DNA of 64,000 nt from Podarcis erhardii. Taxonomy: Eukaryota. The stretch is taken from the NCBI GenBank assembly GCA_964252035.1, contig OZ176204.1. The stretch is one strand, 5' to 3'. Below, in pieces: positions 1-64,000 of this stretch; position 1 is the first letter of the stretch; each line of letters starts with the position of its first letter. The translations under genes were made by a program, and so were the position numbers. The notes under the pieces are model-generated. The model was given only the letters and a program-made list of their open reading frames with translations. It ran no database searches and was not told where the DNA came from.

Positions 1-495
1 GATAAGGTCGCTGTTAAAGGGCCGGAAAGGAATTTCCCTGCATTGGCAGGTTTCGCCTTTCCCGTAGCAAAACGTCACAACTTTGGCGGTATCGGGCCTT
101 GGGCGGAATCCTTTAGTCCATCTTCCTCTTTGCGGCGGCGGTACCAGGGTTCCCCGTTAACGGGGTTTTTGAAGGGAGGCTTTGGCCGTACGCCGAAAGG
201 TCGTCATTGCTCTCCCCTGCGGCGGCGTAACGGGGGCGGCTATCTCTGCTTGAACATATGTTCTCCAGAGCCGGCCCATCCCCTCCCCCCCCCACACTGG
301 ATAACCCTGATGCTCCCTAGGTCCCCGGCTGGGGACTAGCGAGGGAGAACGCCCAATGCCTGAGCCAAGGTGTACCCACATTTGAAATTTAATAAAGTTG
401 TGGCCAATTTAAGCCCATAGCACGTTGTCTAGAGTCGTTATTCCACATGACGGGGGGGACCACTCGGGATCTGGGGACTCCGCCTGTCCACGCAA
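1..495 (+). mobile_element. Young CpG-rich LTR-like interspersed repeat, copy 1 (5' part outside window)
   Basis: About 97-98% identical by eye to 16507-16997. AATAAA at 391-396. Homology ends at GTCCACGCAA. Confidence 0.7.
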
Positions 496-1210
496 AGAGA
501 ACTGGATTTCAGTGGGACATGCAGACTGACCCAATGTCAGGACAAAGGTTCTAAGTATAGAATTTCCCAAGTCTTTCTTGTAATGGAGAGCACACATTTC
601 CTTTAAGAAGTTCTTTTGATTTCAGATGAGCTCATAGCACTTAGGGTATTTCCTTCCCACATTGCAGTTTTCATTCTTGGAGTTGCTTCTGCAAGCCACT
701 CCTGCAGAAACATACAAAGGATCTATATCTTGGTCTACTTACAAGTCATATAATAAAGCTCTCAGGAGTTTTCAGATTCTTGGCATACCCAGCATTGACT
801 TGTGAGTAGGCAGAAATGTAAATCTGTCCTATATTATTTAATCGTGGAAAGGATTTGCAGGTTCAGTTGAACAAATACCATTGTGTGAAGAATGTGTTCT
901 TAGTGATGCAGAAATAGAGAGCTGACCTGTTTGGCCCATGTGCAATGGAAGCTCCAGTTCATTAGATTTTTTTGGTGTTGTGGGTTGATTTCCTTCAGGA
1001 ATTTGTGGCACAACATTCCTTGAGCAAAAAACCATGCATTTTATGGCTTGGGTTTAGCACAAACCAAGCATCAGGAAAATATAATGACAGAGAAGACACA
1101 TCCTTCCAGCCCACATTCAGACACTGGCATTTTGGGAAGCTGCCAGTCACATTTATAGCACAGTTAAGAATATAAAAGTTGCCTCATATTGGACACCCCA
1201 TTGTCTATGT

Positions 1211-1337
1211 CAGGGGTACCCAACACAGTGCCCTTCATATGTTGCTGAACTGTAGTTTCCACCACCTCTGACCATTGGCCCTGTTGGCTGGGGCTGATAG
1301 GGATTGTAATCCAAGGACAGTTGGCTGGCTACCCCTG
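1211..1337. mobile_element. hAT-type MITE
   Basis: Termini CAGGGGTA..TACCCCTG; 8-bp TSD gtctatgt/gtcaatgt (1 mismatch). Confidence 0.65.
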
Positions 1338-4300
1338 GTCAATGTAGTCTAGTGCTGTGATTGGAAGCATGTTGATTGTGACCCTGATTTTAGAAGCTTG
1401 GAGGAGCTTCCCCACTTCTGCTACCTAAGATCTCTTGATCTGGTTGATATAACTTTCATTGCCACCATTGATTTCACTTCCTGGAAGTAGTAGTGGCTGA
1501 TAAGGGGGTATGGAAAACAATACCACTAAGCAGCTGTCAAATGGGAGGGGAACATCTGGGGCTTACCAACCAACATCTGTGGGAGTAGCCTGGGCAAGAG
1601 ATACTCATGAAGGCATGTGCTGGTAATTTTGGGCCAATTGTGTAATTAGTCTGTAATATCCACATGGGTATGGTGAACTAGCCAGTCACCAAAATAGCTG
1701 CACAGTGCTACATGTGAGGCACTATTGTTTTGGCTGCTTCCACCAGGTCATGGATCACAGGCACCCCTCTCTCATAACCAACATTGGCGGTCACTTGACC
1801 ACTTTCTGCCCCTCTGTAACTAGCTGTCACTGGTGGAATGGAAGGTGTACCTAGCTTACCTTGGGTGGTTTTGCATTTGCCTAGCTGGGATAGGATCTAT
1901 TATCAGAATCCATTCCATTATCCTTCTACGTTTGCTAGGTAGGAACATGGCTAGTTCATTAAATCTCTTCTTAATGGACACATCCCCCATTCCAATCAAC
2001 ATGCTTGTAGTTCCTCTCAAACAGCAAAAGATGTAAATATTCTTTTCCCACCTTGTTGACAGCTTGCATTCTTCTTTCCCCTCTAAGCTTGTTTATATGA
2101 ATAGTCTTATTATCGGAGATTAAAAACAAAACCAGCATGGTGCCGGTCACTTTTTATGGGATTTGTAAACATATACCTAATGCTAATCCACATGGAAATC
2201 AGGTATTAGTGATAGTCTGTGGACATGATGGGTCACAAAAAATATGCCAGAGGGACTTCATACTGGAGGACTGACATTTTCCCCTCTAATCTAATCTAAT
2301 GATAAGTTACTGACTTCAGAATCTAGTTCACTCAGGGGAAAGCGAAAGAGCCTATCTATATGAACAATTATAACCACAATAAATGTACCACTGTTTTTCA
2401 CTGTAAGTATGGGAATATGATATTGGAAGTCAGTTCTCTTTTTTATTAAAGGGACATTTCTCAGGGCAGAAGTCAGTTTTAGCTCCAAGATGGGGTTGGT
2501 GCCAAAACCCATAGTCTCTTGTTGAGTTTTCTCCCCAAAAGTTTTAGAAATGCCATCCCATCAGATGTCAAGGAGAAAAAGGACTATACACCTTTTAGAG
2601 GACATCTGAAGGTAGCCCTGTATCAGGAAGTTTTTAATGTTTGACATTTTATTATGTTTTTCTAAGTGCTGTAAGCTTCCCAGAGTGACTGAGGAAACCC
2701 AGCCAGATGGGTGGGGTATATATAATAAAATTATTATTATTATTAATGTACAAAGACACCCATGATAGTCATCTACCCTGGCCTGCCAACAACACAGCCT
2801 ACACCACAGTCAAGGGCTGGGGAAATGTATAACATGATGATGTCTTGATTCTGCTCAATATGCCTAAACATAACAGGGACGAGTGGGAGAACTTGAAGCC
2901 GGTGTATCATTTTTGTTGGCAGCTCAGTCTGAAAAGCATAACATTTAGTTCTGTTCTTGCTTGCTGTTTTGTCAGTGTGTATAAATATCTGAGCTCAAGA
3001 TATATGACTGGGCATCCATCAATTGCAAAGCATGCCTTCGCACATTAAAAAACAAAAACCTTGTTATATACATGGACATGATAATGGAAAAACATCTGGG
3101 AAAACTGAGCGGTTTATCAAGGCACGTACAAATTAGTAGTGTGTGCATGTCTTGTATTCAGGTATCTATACCTCAATTCAAAATGTCAAGTAAGAAGCTC
3201 TCCTACTTTTTATTACTTGATTTCAATTTGAATTAACCCAAAAGGTTTAGCTTTGATAGTTAGGGAGCTTTAGGATTAATTTTCTGAAATTTGGGAGTAA
3301 AATGTGTTCAGCTTCAGAAATCAGTTTGGAAAGTTCTTCTCTAGAAAGACCATACAAGGGTCAGACTTGAAGGTAGTTCAGATCTTAGATATGACACCTT
3401 TGGATAAAATATCCCTCAAGTGTGACTTTCAAATGCAAAGAAATAAAAATAAGGGACCTAAACACACATTGTGGAATCTTAGGGGATAATAACATCAAGA
3501 TAGGCCCTTGTTTTTCATGCGGTTGTATAGTGTGTTGGCTGCTTTGGTGATGAAAACCTTAGAAACACATGGTAGGCAGGCAGCCAGGCAAACCATGCTG
3601 ACTTATTAAGCTATGAAGGTTGTGCCAATGCACTGTGAGGGGTATAAACATTACTCATGAGTGAGTGTGTTTCTTGGCATTACATGATAGGCACCCTGCT
3701 CTCTTAAGCATCAGTAATTTATTCTGAACATCATAGGCAGGGATGTGTGTGTGGTGCAATTAAAGAGGAATCTGGAAGGCAGTATTGGGTTCAGAATTCA
3801 ACTTCTTGATAAGATCAGCTTTATTTCATTGTCTAAAAGCATGTTGCTAGCCTTTAGGGTTCCAAAGATATATATGAATGTTTTTGCACAGAGAGGGCAA
3901 TGCACATTGTTCAAAATAGAGAGTCCATTACCAGACATAAGACTCATAAATGCTAGAATATACGTTGTGACTCTCGTATACATCCTTACCTAGGAGTAAT
4001 TTCAAATGAACTTAGTGGGACTTAATTCTAAGTAGACATGCATCCACTATGAGGTTGCAATCCTGCCCATTAGCTGGGAGTAAGCCCCAGTGATTTCTTA
4101 GTAGACATAGTTAGGACTGCAGGCAGGAAGATCTGAAAGTGCAACTTTTTTTCCAGCTTACAACATGCACATTTAAAGCAAGTAATTTCTATGCCTCTTA
4201 GTCTGTGGCAGGCCTTGGGGTGTCAAATTTCAGCAGACCCTGTGTGACACCAAAATTTGAAAAAGTGTAGAACTGATTTTCTCAAATTAACTGATACAAG

Positions 4301-4672
4301 GGTTCTTTAGCTTTGATTCAAGGGCTTCTGGTGCATTTTTCAGGGGCATGTTGATGCCACACTGTTAATAAAAAAGGAAAATGCTAAAGAGCTATAGATT
4401 CCTGTTAGTAGTTCTACCTCAGGCTGAAGAGGCAAGCCACAGAGAAGCTGCTTATTTCTTTGACAGTGCAAGTTTTTTTTTTAAAAAAGACCCTTCTGCT
4501 AATGTGTGATTCTCCATCACACAAATAGCAATGAAAGCAAAGAACAGCAGGTGATTAATAATCATAAGCCTTTCAAATACCTTCCCCACATGGTGACATA
4601 ATAATGATTCACAACAAACAAGCAAGGGATCCAAAATAAAACACAATTTAATAACCAATGGGCTACCACTTA

Positions 4673-4914
4673 CAGTGGTACCTCAGGTTACATACGCTAG
4701 AGGTTACATACGCTTCAGGTTACAGACTCCACTAACCCAGAAATAGTACCTCGGGTTAAGAACTTTGCTTCAGAATGAGAACAGAAATCATGCAGCAGCG
4801 GCGCAGCAGCAGCAGGAGGCCCCATTAGCTGAAGTGGTACCTCAGGTTAAGAACAGTTTCAGGTTAAGAACAGGCCTCCAGAACGAATTAAGTTCTTAAC
4901 CTGAGGTACCACTG
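4673..4914. mobile_element. Tc1/mariner (Tigger/pogo-like) MITE
   Basis: Perfect 18-bp TIR CAGTGGTACCTCAGGTTA; TA target duplication; same family as 62313-62539 and 63516-63749. Confidence 0.85.
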
Positions 4915-5000
4915 TATTATACTAATGGATTAGGAAATATACTGCTAAACAGAATATGTCATTAGACTACGAGAAGGCTCATTTTCTACTTTCCTTGGTT

Positions 5001-5102
5001 TCCCATAGGCATCTAGTTGGCCACTGTGATAACAGGATGCTGGACTAGTTGGGGCTTTGGCCTGATCCAGCAGGCTCTTCTTATGTTTTGTTCTTATGTT
5101 CT
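5001..5102 (+). mobile_element. LINE/SINE 3' tail fragment (L2/CR1-type)
   Basis: ..ggcctgatccagcaggctcttcttatgtt..ttcttatgttct tail, recognised as a squamate L2/CR1-type 3' end. Confidence 0.5.
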
Positions 5103-5514
5103 CAACAACTTTGATGTGTTATGCAATATTGCAAATTTGTGAAACTATAAAATGTTTCTATATAATGACACCATGTATGTTTCTTTATCAATTTTCTGCA
5201 CAGCTATACTTACGTACTTATAGACATATTTAAAAAATATTTAGACATACACCTATACGCACACAAGACCATGCAAGCAGATTTATACCGTTGCATTGAA
5301 GATGCTCCAACCACATAGTTTCCACTTCAGATTCCATAAAATACGCAAACTTCTGTATTTTCAACCTAACACACAAACATCTAAACCAATTACATAAATT
5401 GTAAATTAACCAATGCAGCTGCTTGAAACACCAAGTAAAAGCTCATTTGTGTCACTTTATAGCACCACATATGGCCAGTTTCCAACTGCCCTCTGATTTT
5501 GCATTAATTGTTAG

Positions 5515-62122
<56,608 letters not shown>

Positions 62123-62312
62123 GTAAGTCCTATCTGTCAACTACATATATGGTAACATTTCACTGAAACTTCATACACAACTGCAATGCACAGCATGAGC
62201 AAGCAAGTAACTTGGTTATTATAGTTGTCCAAGCCATTTTTATCTTGTCTTTAGCTTGAGACAGCTTGTGGACAAATTTAAAATAGAAACAAAATGAAAA
62301 CAATACAACATA

Positions 62313-62539
62313 CAGTGGTATCTCAGGTTACATACGCTTCAGGTTACATGACTCCACTAACCCAGAAATAGTGCTTCAGGTTAAGAAATTTGCTTCAGGA
62401 TGAGAACAGAAATCGTGCTCCAGCGGCACGGTGGCAGCAGGAGGCCCCATTAGCTAAAGTGGTGCTTCAGGTTAAGAATAGTTTCAGGTTAAGAATGGAC
62501 CTCCGGAACGAATTAAGTACTTAACCCGAGGTACCACTG
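62313..62539. mobile_element. Tc1/mariner MITE (same family and orientation as 4673-4914)
   Basis: CAGTGGTA..TACCACTG termini; TA TSD. Confidence 0.85.
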
Positions 62540-62545
62540 TATATA

Positions 62546-62602
<57 letters not shown>

Positions 62603-62678
62603 TTTCGTAGATTTTCACGGGTACAGGAATGCAGGTTTTGGTGTCCTCGGGTGTCTTCCCGTGTAAAAGTTGGGGTGT

Positions 62679-62723
62679 CTAGGCGACGTTTCGACGAGGT
62701 CTCACTCGTCATCTTCAGGCTGG
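62679..62723 (-). ncRNA. Minimal hammerhead ribozyme motif, antisense copy
   Basis: Exact reverse complement of 63169-63213; a third copy at about 62962-62990 is truncated inside stem II. Confidence 0.68.
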
Positions 62724-62848
62724 TGCTTTCGGCTTCTTGTTACTGGAACAGAGCAGGATCTCAGTGTTTGAGTTCCTATAAATACTGTAGAGGGGGTGTG
62801 GTGTATAGCCTCCAATGTTCTGGGCAGAGAGGAAGTTCCCAGAAAACC

Positions 62849-62884
<36 letters not shown>

Positions 62885-63168
62885 CTTTCGTAGATTTTCA
62901 CGGGTACAGGAATGCAGGTTTTGGTGTCCTCGGGTGTCTTCCCGTGTAAAAGTTGGGGTGTCTAGGCGACGTTTCGACGAGGTCTCACTCAAATCACTCA
63001 AGATATCTCTCAAGTAATTAAGGAACAAAAGAAGAAAAGGCACACTAGCCTGGGAACTTCCTCTCTGCCCAGAACATTGGAGGCTATACACCACACCCCC
63101 TCTACAGTATTTATAGGAACTCAAACACTGAGATCCTGCTCTGTTCCAGTAACAAGAAGCCGAAAGCA

Positions 63169-63213
63169 CCAGCCTGAAGATGACGAGTGAGACCTCGTCG
63201 AAACGTCGCCTAG
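63169..63213 (+). ncRNA. Minimal type I hammerhead ribozyme motif (PLE-associated)
   Basis: CTGAAGA (63174-63180), T, GACGAG-loop-CTCGTC stem II, GAAA (63200-63203), palindromic ACGT stem III, GTC cleavage triplet (63205-63207); stem I weak. Confidence 0.7.
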
Positions 63214-63515
63214 ACACCCCAACTTTTACACGGGAAGACACCCGAGGACACCAAAACCTGCATATATATATATATATATATATATGATTGAATGCCATTG
63301 CAGTTATAGTATAGCAATAAGGAGCAATCTCTGGGTAGATGAAATCAACAAAACTGCAGTGCTGGCAGCACAGCATATTTTGGTCCTACGGTTTTACCTA
63401 CTGTTTGCTGTACGAACTGAGCCAGGGCACCCTACATAGACCAACACATCCCAGTGAAGAATGTTTGTTTTTGTTGCAATATGATCTGCAGACTAATTCA
63501 ATAGATTCTATTCTA

Positions 63516-63749
63516 CAGTGGTACCTCGGGTTAAGAACTTAATTCGTTCTGGAGGTCCGTTCTTAACCTGAAACTGTCCTTAACCTGAAGCACCACTTTA
63601 GCTAATGGGGCCTCCCGCTGCCGCTGCAGCACGATTTCTGTTCTTATCCTGAAGCAAAGTTCTTAACCCGAGGTACTATTTCTGGGTTAGCGGATTCTGT
63701 AACCTGAAGCGTCTGTAACCTGAAGCATCTGTAACCCGAGATAACACTG
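63516..63749. mobile_element. Tc1/mariner MITE, inverted relative to 62313-62539
   Basis: ta|CAGTGGTACCTCGGG..CCCGAGATAACACTG|ta. Confidence 0.85.
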
Positions 63750-64000
63750 TATTCCTGATGAAAAAGCAGTGTCGGGATGCTGCAGTTTTAAAGCAGAGTG
63801 GCAGAAGGGGGCTGCTCATAACTGCTTCTGCAAAGAAAGGCCTTTCCCACACCAATAGCAGTTGGCAGGGGTGGGGCAGTCATGCTCACCTGACCTCCAG
63901 TTGCCCACATTGCTGCTGTATACTAGGATGGATAGCAGGGAAGTTGGCATGGTGCAAATACACCAACAGAGCCTGTTTGCACTCCCAACAGTGCATTTGC

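Larger units (their letters stand above)
62601..63262. mobile_element. Composite Penelope-like (PLE) pseudo-LTR insertion in (TA)n
   Basis: Minus copies at 62601-62842 and 62883-62990, plus copy at 62991-63262; hammerhead core; (AT)n tracts at 62549-62600, 62852-62881 and 63262-63285. Confidence 0.8.

Noticed and set aside
496-5514. Upstream COL13A1 exons (transmembrane/furin region, GPTGRPGLP-type exon)
   Set aside because: Not found by reading and presumably 5' of the window. A very short microexon could be missed by eye.
62702-63376. 224-aa minus-strand ORF, the longest in the track
   Set aside because: It reads through (TA)n tracts (IYIYIY) and duplicated PLE pseudo-LTR copies; an artefact of the repeat structure.

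Overview
Vertebrate genomic DNA, most likely a lacertid lizard judging by the Sauria SINE and the squamate MITE, CR1 and L2 repertoire. The window holds the middle part of one + strand gene, COL13A1 (transmembrane collagen XIII). I read 30 coding exons by eye (5515-62122; 1380 nt, 460 aa). All are phase 0 with AG/GT boundaries and cover most of COL1, NC2, COL2, NC3 and the start of COL3. The 5' exons (transmembrane domain, furin site) and the 3' exons lie outside the window. No ORF in the supplied track is a real stand-alone gene. The introns carry SINEs, LINE fragments, hAT and Tc1/mariner MITEs, two copies of a young unclassified LTR-like repeat, and a very young composite Penelope-like insertion with hammerhead ribozyme motifs inside (TA)n. 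Best leads: (1) the hammerhead-bearing inverted twin insertion; (2) an exon complement that appears to differ from human COL13A1 and to resemble the paralog COL25A1; (3) a 7-bp-periodic TGACCT array before an NC2 exon; (4) an E-box cluster and RBFOX/AG-exclusion splicing signals. Comparisons with human proteins are from memory and need an alignment; no database searches were run.
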